Shown here in pieces: positions 17,145 through 25,795 of a stretch of DNA of 26,737 bases; position 1 is the first letter of the stretch, and each line of letters begins with the position of its first letter. Source of the stretch: Nitrospirota bacterium (GTDB lineage Bacteria; Nitrospirota; UBA9217). The stretch covers positions 1-26,737 of the forward strand of contig DASPSR010000067.1 of the NCBI GenBank assembly GCA_035623825.1. The letters run 5' to 3'. The notes under the pieces were generated by a model that saw nothing but the letters and a program-made list of their open reading frames with translations, was not told where the DNA came from and ran no database searches. Position numbers and translations under genes: made by a program.

Positions 17145-17723
17145 TTATTTCAGCCGTGATTCTACGGCCTTCCAGTTGATGTTCGCAAAGAATGATTCGA
17201 TATAGTCGGCTTTCTTCAGCTGGTAATCGGTCATGTAGGCGTGCTCGAACACGTCCATGACCAGTACTGGAGTGCAGCCTGCGAGGTGGGCAACGTCGTG
17301 CTCGTTGATCCATGAGTTGAATAGCCGATCGCCGACTGGGTCATGATAGAGCATCACCCAGCCGATGCCACGCATGGTCCCGCAGGCCTTGAAGTCCTTT
17401 TCCCACGCCTCCACCCCTCCGAAGTCCTTCTCAATCTTCTTTGCCAGTTTCCCCGACTTGTCTATGCCGCCTGCGCCCTTGAGGTTCTCGAAATACAGCT
17501 CGTGTAACCGCATGCCGTTGAACTCCCATCCAAATCTCCTCTTGATCTCTGCGTACTCCGGCGTGCCGGACTTGCCTTCCTTCAGCATCTGCGCAAGGCC
17601 GTCCGCGACCTTGTTGGTGTTGGTAACATATCCCTGATAGAGCGTAAAATGATTCTTGAGCAAGGTATCGCTGAACCCCTTCATTCCGATCAAAGAACCG
17701 AAATCCCTGGCAGTGTACGACAT
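17145..17723 (-). CDS. Fe/Mn superoxide dismutase (ChrC-like short type)
   Basis: NHFTLYQGYV, NGMRLHELYF, DVFEHAY; SD AAGGAGG before ATG 17723. Confidence 0.93.
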   Translation of the reverse strand: MSYTARDFGSLIGMKGFSDTLLKNHFTLYQGYVTNTNKVADGLAQMLKEGKSGTPEYAEIKRRFGWEFNGMRLHELYFENLKGAGGIDKSGKLAKKIEKDFGGVEAWEKDFKACGTMRGIGWVMLYHDPVGDRLFNSWINEHDVAHLAGCTPVLVMDVFEHAYMTDYQLKKADYIESFFANINWKAVESRLK

Positions 17724-17951
17724 ATATTCCTCCTTCCACATGATGAGTATTTTATGTTGCCGTCATCCTAGGTCAAATCAAACTTATTTTATCATAGCAT
17801 CTAACTTCTTATATGGCAATCAAATTCATTAAGCTCAGAATGTACCGATTCGTCTCCGTCCTGACGACGGATGGTTCATCCACTTGTGTTTTAATGAAAT
17901 TACTCCATCTGCTTTACTTTTCCCGGGAGGTGGGGGTATAATGCGGCAGCA

Positions 17952-19958
17952 ATGAAAGGAAAATCCGTCCTCCTTTATCTCTTTCTGACCCTGACTGCAG
18001 TGCTCATCGGCGGCGCGGCGGGGTTTCTCGCGTTCTCTGTCTGGGACCTGCCCGAGGTCCATACCCTTGAAGAGTTCAAGCCGAGCATTACTTCCCGGGT
18101 CTATTCCGATGATAACAAGCTGCTGGCCGAATTTTTTCTCGAGAACCGAACCCCGGTGTCCCTTACAGATGTGCCGCCTTTGCTGATCAATGCCCTCATC
18201 GCTACAGAGGACACGCGCTTTTACTCCCATCACGGCATTGACCCTCGCGGTATCGTCCGGGCCTTCATGCGGAATATCCGCGCCCATAAGGTTCTTGAAG
18301 GAGGAAGCACACTCACCCAGCAGCTCGCGAAGGTGCTCTTCCTCACACCTGAACGGAGCTACACCCGCAAGCTCAAGGAGATGGCCCTTGCGCTCAGGAT
18401 CGAGCAGCGGTACACAAAGCAGGAAATCCTCTCGCTCTATCTTAACCAGATATACTTCGGCAGCGGCGCATATGGAGTCGAGTCGGCGGCCCAAGTCTAC
18501 TTCGGGAAATCCGTGAAGGAACTGGGGCTCTCGGAATGCGCCCTGCTCGCCGGTCTTCCCAGGTCTCCGAAATACTACTCGCCGTTCAAGACGCCGGAGA
18601 ACGCCCGAGGTCGACGTGCCTATGTGTTAAACCGGATGGTCGCGATGGGGATCATCACTGAGGCGCAGGCAAATGACACGAAGAAAGCACCCCTCCCTTC
18701 ACAGCCGATCGTTAAAGTGGGCGGCCCTGCGCCATACTTCGTCGAATATATCCGGCAGAAGGTAGAGGAGCGCTTCGGCGCAAGCATCCTGTACTCCGGA
18801 GGGCTCAATATCTACACCAGCATCAACGTCGATCTCCAGAAGAATGCCGAGCAAGCCGTTAAAGAAGGCCTCGCAAAAATTGAAGCTCGTCATCGAAAAA
18901 CAGGCGCCTCCTCGCCGCTCCAGGCCGCCCTCATCGCCACCGAACCATCTACCGGTCACATCCTCGCCATGGTCGGCGGCCGTGACTTCAGCGAAAGCCA
19001 ATTCAACCGCGTCTGGCAGGCCCTTCGGCAGCCGGGTTCTGCATTCAAGCCGATCATCTTCGCAGCGGCGCTCGAGCGGGGCTTTGGCGCGACCGATATA
19101 CTTGATGATGCGCCCCTGACGATAAAGATGGACCGGAAGAAAAATTGGTCACCGGAAAACTTCACGCACACCTACCAGGGCTTCGTAACCCTGCGGAAGG
19201 CGCTCGCCCAGTCGCTCAATATCCCGACGGTGAAACTATTGGAGAAAATCGGTGTCGATGAAGCGATCCAGTACGCCAAGAGATTTGGGATCAGGAGTCC
19301 GCTTACGCATTACCTTTCCCTTGCACTTGGGAGCTCCGATGTCACGCTCTTTGAACTGACTTCGGCCTATGCAGTCTTCGCGAATCATGGTATGAGACTT
19401 GGTCCTGTCTCTATCCTCATGATAACCGACAGCTCTGGCCGCGTTCTTTACACAAACGACGCGCTTCCGACCCAGGTCATAAAGCCTGAAACCGCCTATC
19501 TCATAACCAACCTGCTCAGGGGCGCTATCGAGCAGGGAACGGGTTGGAAGGCCCGTGAACTCGGCAGGCCTGCCGCCGGAAAAACCGGCACGACGAATGA
19601 TTACCGCGATTCCTGGTTCATGGGATACACCCCGAACCTTCTTGCCGGTGTTTGGGTCGGCTATGATGACCATCGAAGCATCGGGCCGAAAGAGACCGGG
19701 GCCCGTGCCGCGCTCCCAATATGGCTTGCATTCATGAAAAAAGCGCATGGCGAACGTGAAGCAGAGGATTTTTCCGTGCCTGATGGCATTATCTTCAAGC
19801 AGGTCGACCCCGATACGGGCCTTCTCAGCACCGACAATTGCCCCTCTTCCATCCGCGAGGCGTTTCTGCCGGGTACGGAGCCCCGAAAGTACTGCGAAGA
19901 AGCCGCCGCTCCACTCAAAGAATCGCGGATACAGGATGAAGCGCCTCAAAGCCAATAG
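17952..19958 (+). CDS. mrcA: Class A penicillin-binding protein (PBP1A family)
   Basis: N-terminal TM; GT51 motifs EDTRF and GGSTLTQQL; transpeptidase motifs SAFK, SLN, KTGT. Confidence 0.95.
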   Translation: MKGKSVLLYLFLTLTAVLIGGAAGFLAFSVWDLPEVHTLEEFKPSITSRVYSDDNKLLAEFFLENRTPVSLTDVPPLLINALIATEDTRFYSHHGIDPRGIVRAFMRNIRAHKVLEGGSTLTQQLAKVLFLTPERSYTRKLKEMALALRIEQRYTKQEILSLYLNQIYFGSGAYGVESAAQVYFGKSVKELGLSECALLAGLPRSPKYYSPFKTPENARGRRAYVLNRMVAMGIITEAQANDTKKAPLPSQPIVKVGGPAPYFVEYIRQKVEERFGASILYSGGLNIYTSINVDLQKNAEQAVKEGLAKIEARHRKTGASSPLQAALIATEPSTGHILAMVGGRDFSESQFNRVWQALRQPGSAFKPIIFAAALERGFGATDILDDAPLTIKMDRKKNWSPENFTHTYQGFVTLRKALAQSLNIPTVKLLEKIGVDEAIQYAKRFGIRSPLTHYLSLALGSSDVTLFELTSAYAVFANHGMRLGPVSILMITDSSGRVLYTNDALPTQVIKPETAYLITNLLRGAIEQGTGWKARELGRPAAGKTGTTNDYRDSWFMGYTPNLLAGVWVGYDDHRSIGPKETGARAALPIWLAFMKKAHGEREAEDFSVPDGIIFKQVDPDTGLLSTDNCPSSIREAFLPGTEPRKYCEEAAAPLKESRIQDEAPQSQ

Positions 19959-19982
19959 AGGAAGCACCGCAAACCCCATAAT

Positions 19983-20015
19983 AGTATTGACAATACTGTG
20001 TTTGTTTGTTAATCT
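19983..20015 (+). promoter_or_regulatory. Sigma-70 promoter with a palindrome over the -35 box
   Basis: TTGACA-N17-TAATCT with TGn extension; AGTATTG-A-CAATACT at 19983-19997. Confidence 0.6.
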
Positions 20016-20021
20016 TGAGTC

Positions 20022-21425
20022 GTGAGTTCGCGGCCTTCGAAAAGGGGTCTCCCGATACCTCCCGCTATCCTAGACAAGCTCGTTCCCACCAAGCTCTTTG
20101 CAAGGCTGAACATAGCAAGTAAAATGCTCCTCGGATACATGACGCTCGTTCTGCTCACGGTTGTCGTTGTCGTCTATGCCCTCATCAGCCTTCAGCGGAT
20201 CAATAGTCTGAACAAGAGAATCGTACAGGTTGATATCGTGGTGCAGGAAGCAGCCGATAAGATGCTCGACGCCCTCCTCGCCCAAGACACGTTCGAGAAG
20301 CGCTACTTGATCCTCAAAAGCGAAGACATGCGCAGTCTTTTTGCCAGGCGCGGCGACGAGTTCCGTCTGTGGCGTTCCACTCTCAGGAAACTTCCCGATA
20401 CGAGCGGGGTCCCTATTGCTGCAATTGATGATCTCTACAGAAGGTATAATGACCTTTTTAACGAGGAAATGGACCTGATCCGTACGAACAAGATCAGTCA
20501 AGCAACAGCCATTTCAAACAACGAACTAAAGGACACGCTTGAGAGTCTCCTCGATACGATCAGGACCATGTCCGCCGCCGCCAAGGAAGCACAGGATGCC
20601 AAGATGAATAGGATCAGCACCATCGGCGGGGCTGCCTTTTTCACCACGTCCGTACTCTGCATTATCAGCATCCTCGCCGGGGCCATTGCCGGACTCGTGG
20701 TCACCCATCATATCTCCTCTTCGATCAACCGGTTAAAGATAGCGACGGAACATGTCGCCGAGGGGAATTTCGACTTTGACCCGGAGATCAAGACAAAAGA
20801 CGAGATCGGCAGCCTTTCGGAGGCCTTTCTGACCATGGGCAAGAGGTTGCGCAAGCTCGAAGAAATGTATCTCGACGCCAGCCCTCTTACCCGCCTGCCG
20901 GGAGGGATCGCCATTGAAAACGTCCTGAAAAAAAGGCTCGAGTCGGTCCAGCCCATCGCCTTCTGCGTGCTCGATCTCGACAACTTTAAGGCGTTTAATG
21001 ACCGTTACGGGTACGCAAACGGCAGCGAGGTGATCAAGGAGACTGCGCATATCATCGAGGATGCAGTTAAGGCCAAAGGAACGCCTGATGATTTTATCGG
21101 CCATGTCGGAGGCGACGATTTCGTCGTCATCACGACCCCTGAGTTCATGCGTGATATCTCGACTGAGGTCATCAGCCGGTTCGACCGACGTATCCCCGAC
21201 TTTTACGATCCGGAAGAGCGTGCGCGGGGGTACATCCTCGGGAAAACGAGACAGGGTGTCGAGATGCAGTTCCCCATCATGACCATCTCCATTGCAATCG
21301 TGTCGAATGAGCACCGGAAGCTCACAAACCCTCTTGAGGCCTCGGAGATCGCCGCAGAGCTCAAAGACTATGCCAAGACCATCCCGAAGAGCGTCTTTGT
21401 GGTTGATAAGAGGAGGGGCTCGTGA
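20022..21425 (+). CDS. Membrane diguanylate cyclase: TM-periplasmic helical sensor-TM-HAMP-GGDEF
   Basis: Two TMs; HAMP (DEIGSLSEAF); PLTRLPG, DLDNFKAFNDRYG, HVGGDDF. Confidence 0.92.
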   Translation: MSSRPSKRGLPIPPAILDKLVPTKLFARLNIASKMLLGYMTLVLLTVVVVVYALISLQRINSLNKRIVQVDIVVQEAADKMLDALLAQDTFEKRYLILKSEDMRSLFARRGDEFRLWRSTLRKLPDTSGVPIAAIDDLYRRYNDLFNEEMDLIRTNKISQATAISNNELKDTLESLLDTIRTMSAAAKEAQDAKMNRISTIGGAAFFTTSVLCIISILAGAIAGLVVTHHISSSINRLKIATEHVAEGNFDFDPEIKTKDEIGSLSEAFLTMGKRLRKLEEMYLDASPLTRLPGGIAIENVLKKRLESVQPIAFCVLDLDNFKAFNDRYGYANGSEVIKETAHIIEDAVKAKGTPDDFIGHVGGDDFVVITTPEFMRDISTEVISRFDRRIPDFYDPEERARGYILGKTRQGVEMQFPIMTISIAIVSNEHRKLTNPLEASEIAAELKDYAKTIPKSVFVVDKRRGS

Positions 21426-21919
21426 GGAGATTGTTGCTGATCCTGCTGGCGGCATACAGCCTGTCGGGCTGCGCTCGCCTCGCAGGGGGACCGGACACGG
21501 AGTTTTACCGTGCCGACAGTTTTTTGAAGGAAAAGAAATACTCTGAAGCAATCATCGCATACAGACAGATCGCGAACGACATCGCCAATCCGGAGCGCGC
21601 CGCGAATGCGCAGTTTGCCCTTGCCTCCACCCTCGAGTATTACGATAACCCTCAGAAGGACTATGCGCTCGCCCTTCAGGAATTTGATCAATACCTGGCG
21701 CGCTATCCGGACTCTGATAAGGCGCAGGAGGCCCAACAGCAGCGTTCTCTGCTCCAAATTATAGTCGAACTGGAAAAAGAGAATCACAACCTCACCAAGA
21801 GCATCGAGCAGTATAAGCAGAACGTCGAGCAGTACAAACAAAATATCGACCGTCTCACCAAGAGCATTGAGAAGTTAAAGCAGCTCGACATCCAGCATGA
21901 GGAACGGAGAAGGCAGTAG
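21422..21919 (+). CDS. Lipoprotein with TPR-like helices and C-terminal coiled coil (QseG/BamD/CpoB-like)
   Basis: Lipobox LSG|C; AQFALA and YLARYPDSDKAQEA; heptad tail; GTGA overlap with the cyclase stop. Confidence 0.88.
   Translation: MRRLLLILLAAYSLSGCARLAGGPDTEFYRADSFLKEKKYSEAIIAYRQIANDIANPERAANAQFALASTLEYYDNPQKDYALALQEFDQYLARYPDSDKAQEAQQQRSLLQIIVELEKENHNLTKSIEQYKQNVEQYKQNIDRLTKSIEKLKQLDIQHEERRRQ
21791..21867 (+). repeat. Heptad (21-bp) expansion in the coiled coil
   Basis: ATCGAGCAGTATAAGCAGAAC / GTCGAGCAGTACAAACAAAAT in tandem; CTCACCAAGAGCAT repeated 63 nt apart. Confidence 0.85.
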
Positions 21920-22103
21920 CACACATGATGCGCCCAAAAAATCAACGGACCTTCCTCTAAAGGAGGATAGAGGCGTCTCAAGGGGCTTCTATAGAAATCA
22001 GTTAAAATGGCAATTGACCCGACTGTAACGAGGATGGCTCGTGGGGGGAAGCGACAACTATAAGGAACTAAGCTTCATTGCTGAACTTCGATCAAAATGG
22101 CGA

Positions 22104-23009
22104 TTAATCCTTCATGAGTGAAGAAGGTTCCGAAGACGGGGATAAGTTCAAACGCTCATAGGGCATTAATTTTGACTCGCTTGTTGTTGTGACTTTCCCG
22201 GATGAATCGATATAGTAGCTGCCGCCGTACGGCTCTTGAGGAAGGGCGTCGATAATGTGCTTTTTCATTAGATCCTCAAGGCTCCTTGGATACACGCCGA
22301 ATCTCTGCTTGTACGACACTACCGCTTTTTCAAGATAAAGCACGCCGCGAAGGGCAGTGAGGCGGGTTTCGTACTCCGTGCGCAACTTGGGGTCATCAGT
22401 ATGTTCTAATATGTATTCTTGAAAGGTGATCGCATTTTCCGTTCTTCTGTCTTTATATGCCAGTTTTGTGGCGAGGTCGGCATAGATGGCACTCGCGCCC
22501 GGCCTTCGCGCCGCTTCCATAAGGAATTTACTTGCCGTGTCATTATCGTCCAAAAAGTAAAAACTGTTGAAGCCGATATAAAATGGCAACATGAAATCCC
22601 AAGTTCGGTAAGAGCTGCCTTTTTCCAGCAACTCATTCGTTTCCTTTATCAGCCCTCCATCCCAGGTCAGATTTGCGTTCCCGAAGTAATAAGGATCTAA
22701 AAAATACGGGTCGAGACTTGCTGACGCATCAAGAACATGATACAGCCACTTCCATTCCCATGGCTTGACCCTCGGATTCTCTTTCCTCTCGTAAGTGCCG
22801 CCTAAAAAAACCAGTGCTTTCAGGAACAAAAAATCAGAGGCGAGGCCGTGGAACTCGAGTGCGGTTACCCTTAAAATTGGCGACGGCATCACATAGGCCG
22901 TATCTTCGCCCTTAGGGATCAACTTTTCCTGCTCGGTAATCTTTCTCAAAGAAATGATATGTACCGTGAGGAGAGCAATGCACAAAATAATCGTCAACAG
23001 TCTCCCCAT
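22104..23009 (-). CDS. Type IV pilus accessory protein, Myxococcus PilG / Geobacter Xap-like, 301 aa
   Basis: ATG overlaps the permease stop (TAATG); N-terminal TM, LDPYFLDPYYF, TPR-like helices, C-terminal YPRSLEDL...PQEPYGG; context next to pilin and ABC genes. Confidence 0.78.
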   Translation of the reverse strand: MGRLLTIILCIALLTVHIISLRKITEQEKLIPKGEDTAYVMPSPILRVTALEFHGLASDFLFLKALVFLGGTYERKENPRVKPWEWKWLYHVLDASASLDPYFLDPYYFGNANLTWDGGLIKETNELLEKGSSYRTWDFMLPFYIGFNSFYFLDDNDTASKFLMEAARRPGASAIYADLATKLAYKDRRTENAITFQEYILEHTDDPKLRTEYETRLTALRGVLYLEKAVVSYKQRFGVYPRSLEDLMKKHIIDALPQEPYGGSYYIDSSGKVTTTSESKLMPYERLNLSPSSEPSSLMKD

Positions 23010-23821
23010 TATGGAAACTCCCGAAGCCTGAAGATGATCGCAGCTCCCGTTATCGCCAGGGCAGTGTAAATCAACCCGTATGTTACAGTCCAGAGAATAT
23101 ACGATGCTGGAAGGAAAAGGGAATGGGCAGCTTGAATTTTCAGATTGAAGACTGATAAATTTGGAAAGAGATAATAGGCCAACTGCACCAGTTTCACCGT
23201 TGCAGCTGAAACATGGATACCAACAGTCTGAGGCGCATCCACCAGCGCTTTCACGTCGCTGAGGGACTGACCGATTATGTACACAATGACCGTCAGGACC
23301 AATGTAATGAATGACGTTGATGTAAAAGATGCGAAGAAGAACGCCAATGCTGATAGCAATATCATGGACAGCGTGTTGAAAGACAGAGCCAGGAGGATCA
23401 TCGGCCACGAGAACCTCGGGAAATAGTTTGGATATACCATCTTGATCAATTGGATGGACAACGCGGCGCACACGCTCAAGAAGACCATGGTAGTGATTAT
23501 GAGAAGGGCCATCCCCAGGAACTTGCCCAGAATGTACTGGGACCTTGATATCGGACGGGACAACACCATATAAATCGTTTTCTTGTCCAAGTCCTTTGCC
23601 ATCAAATTGATCCCGACGAACAACACGAGAAGCAGGCCGCTCAACGATACAGCCGAAAGCGCGATGTCTATGGCTACCTTTCCAACTTCTTGCATGAACA
23701 TGCCGGAGATGAGGAAATTAGCGATGAAAAACAGGAGCGCGAGCAGGGTGATCCCGTATAGTGCCCGGTTCCTAATGCCTTCTTTAAAAGTTATCAGCGC
23801 AACAGGCCAGAGAGTATTCAT
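23009..23821 (-). CDS. ABC transporter permease, PilI-like
   Basis: Six TMs; ITFKEGIRNR, KTIYMVLSRPISRSQYILGKFLG, YYLFPNL. Confidence 0.92.
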   Translation of the reverse strand: MNTLWPVALITFKEGIRNRALYGITLLALLFFIANFLISGMFMQEVGKVAIDIALSAVSLSGLLLVLFVGINLMAKDLDKKTIYMVLSRPISRSQYILGKFLGMALLIITTMVFLSVCAALSIQLIKMVYPNYFPRFSWPMILLALSFNTLSMILLSALAFFFASFTSTSFITLVLTVIVYIIGQSLSDVKALVDAPQTVGIHVSAATVKLVQLAYYLFPNLSVFNLKIQAAHSLFLPASYILWTVTYGLIYTALAITGAAIIFRLREFP

Positions 23822-24561
23822 ATCTCTATGCCTCCCCCGGCCTTTTCCACCTCTCGCAAGAATACGTCCTCCAGTTTGGTGTTTCCGACCAATAGGTTAT
23901 CCAGTCTGTCGACCAATCTCAACCTTCCGGCCACTATGATCCCCACTCTGTCACAAAAGCGTTCCACGTCGGTAAGAATGTGGGAAGAGAAAAATATCGT
24001 CTTGCCCCGGGCCTTTAGCTCCAGGATAACGTCGCCGACCATCTTCCGCCCGAGCGGGTCGAGTCCGCTCATCGGTTCATCAAGTATGGCTACATCCGGG
24101 TCATGTATCAGAGACAGTGCAAGCCCGGCTCTCTGCAACATGCCTTTGGAGTAAGTTCTGAGCTGCCTTTTGCGCGCGTTCTCTAGATTGACCTTCTGGA
24201 AAAGCTCATCCGCCCTGTTTTTTATGGCCGTAGCCGACAAGCCGGTGGTCTTGCCACCGAACCAGAGAAGTTCTTCCGCAGTGAGGTAATCATAGAAATA
24301 GGGGTTCTCGGGCAAATAGCCTACATGTTTTCTTACCGCGGTATCATTCACATCCCTGTCCATTATCAAAGCTTTCCCCTTGTCAGGGCGTATGAGATTC
24401 ACGAGTATCTTTATCGTTGTCGATTTGCCCGCGCCATTGGGGCCCAAAAAACCGAAGACCTCACCCTTCTGAACTTCTAGAACGAGGTCATCGATTGCTT
24501 TGATCTTTTTCGCCTGTATTCCTTCTTTAAACTCCTTCGAAATGTTTGTAAGCTTAATCAT
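23818..24561 (-). CDS. ABC transporter ATP-binding protein, PilH-like
   Basis: GPNGAGKST, YSKGM signature, ILDEP, SSH; start is 24561 or 24570/24567. Confidence 0.95.
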   Translation of the reverse strand: MIKLTNISKEFKEGIQAKKIKAIDDLVLEVQKGEVFGFLGPNGAGKSTTIKILVNLIRPDKGKALIMDRDVNDTAVRKHVGYLPENPYFYDYLTAEELLWFGGKTTGLSATAIKNRADELFQKVNLENARKRQLRTYSKGMLQRAGLALSLIHDPDVAILDEPMSGLDPLGRKMVGDVILELKARGKTIFFSSHILTDVERFCDRVGIIVAGRLRLVDRLDNLLVGNTKLEDVFLREVEKAGGGIEI

Positions 24562-24568
24562 GGGCATC

Positions 24569-24596
24569 ATTTTACATAACTAGCTTGTATTGTCAA
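24569..24596 (-). promoter_or_regulatory. Internal sigma-70 promoter of the ABC operon
   Basis: TTGACA-N16-TAAAAT, then 7 nt, then ATG 24561. Confidence 0.55.
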
Positions 24597-24675
24597 TAGC
24601 ATTTCCACTCATCGTAACTGTTTCGACGATGCGTACATCTCATGTATTTGATCTGATCCTTGCATTACAAGGGGA

Positions 24676-25731
24676 TTATAATTGCCCGTCAAGTGACGTA
24701 ATGGCTTGCTGAGCCGGGAGAAAATTCTGTCTCAACTTTAAAACCGTTTTGTATTCGTTCAATGCTTCCGTCTTTAATCCTTTTTTAGAATAGGCTTTCC
24801 CCAGATTAAAGTGGGCTTCGACAAAAACCGGGTTGATCTCCAATGCTCGGCTGTATTCCTCAATAGCCTCGTCGTATCGGCCGCTGTTGAGATAGAGAGA
24901 CCCGAGATTATTGTGTGCCTCGGCATTCTCGGGGTTCAGTTTCAAAGCAGACTTATATTTTTCAAATGCATCCTCCAATTTTCCCTGCTTGACATAGATA
25001 TTGCCTAAATTATAATGCGCTTTTTCGAGGGAAGGATCACGTTTTAATGCGGCAACATATTCAAGAGCTGCTTCATCGAGCCGACCCTGCGCGAGATAAA
25101 CGTTCCCAAGATTATTATGCGCCTGAGCAAGGTCAGGGTTGATTCTTAATGCCATCCTGTATTCCTGTATGGCCTCTTCCGGTCTCCCGTGTTCGGAATA
25201 GATATTCCCCAAATTATAATGGGCCTCTGGATAATTGGGATTCATCTTTACCGCTGTAAGATAGTTTTCAATCGCTTCCTTTACCTGCCCTCTTTTAAGA
25301 TAAGCATCACCGAGGTTGTTCTGAATTTGCGCCGAATCAGACCCGCTTTGTGAGGCAATGGTGTATTCGTGAAGTGCATCGGTCAGGCGACCTTGTTTCA
25401 TATAAGCATTCCCCAGGTCTATCCTAGCCTCCACGGAATCCGGGTCGAGCTTTAGTGCGCAATGATACGCTTCTATAGCTCTGTCCAACCAGCCCATTTT
25501 AGAATAAGCGAACCCGAGGGTGGTAAACCCTCTTGCTTTCCCTGGGCTCTTCCGTGTCACATCCTCCCACAATGTCAGCTCCTCTTTCCATACCCGACTC
25601 CTCATGAATGTTGTAAAAAAGAGGGAAGTAAGGATCAAAAAGAACATGATAATCTTTAAGAGGTTAAGAGGAGAAGGATTGTACATCTCATTCTTAGGCA
25701 GGATTTTATTCTTGAGTTTGATTCTACCCAT
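24676..25731 (-). CDS. Membrane-anchored TPR protein (about 8 TPRs)
   Basis: One TM, RSRVWKEELTLWEDVTRKSPGKAR, then repeated 34-aa AHxNLGxxY units; start uncertain (25731 or 25686). Confidence 0.9.
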   Translation of the reverse strand: MGRIKLKNKILPKNEMYNPSPLNLLKIIMFFLILTSLFFTTFMRSRVWKEELTLWEDVTRKSPGKARGFTTLGFAYSKMGWLDRAIEAYHCALKLDPDSVEARIDLGNAYMKQGRLTDALHEYTIASQSGSDSAQIQNNLGDAYLKRGQVKEAIENYLTAVKMNPNYPEAHYNLGNIYSEHGRPEEAIQEYRMALRINPDLAQAHNNLGNVYLAQGRLDEAALEYVAALKRDPSLEKAHYNLGNIYVKQGKLEDAFEKYKSALKLNPENAEAHNNLGSLYLNSGRYDEAIEEYSRALEINPVFVEAHFNLGKAYSKKGLKTEALNEYKTVLKLRQNFLPAQQAITSLDGQL

Positions 25732-25741
25732 GAATATAGAC

Positions 25742-25772
25742 AAAAGCCGCCCCGTGACCTAACTGGACAGCT
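25742..25772 (-). terminator. Weakened copy of the pilin terminator
   Basis: AGCTGTCCAG-N8-CGGGGCGGCT-TTT: two G.U pairs and one mismatch relative to the 26442-26469 copy. Confidence 0.55.
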
Positions 25773-25795
25773 AGAGGTTCATAATAGTCGCATCC

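Noticed and set aside
23010-23471. N-terminal 154 aa of the 455-aa track ORF
   Set aside because: Overlaps the permease in another frame; the TAATG coupling marks the true start at 23009
24676-25520. Periodic ~102-nt similarity suggesting a repeat array or CRISPR
   Set aside because: Explained by 34-aa TPR coding repeats; no identical direct repeats with spacers and no cas genes
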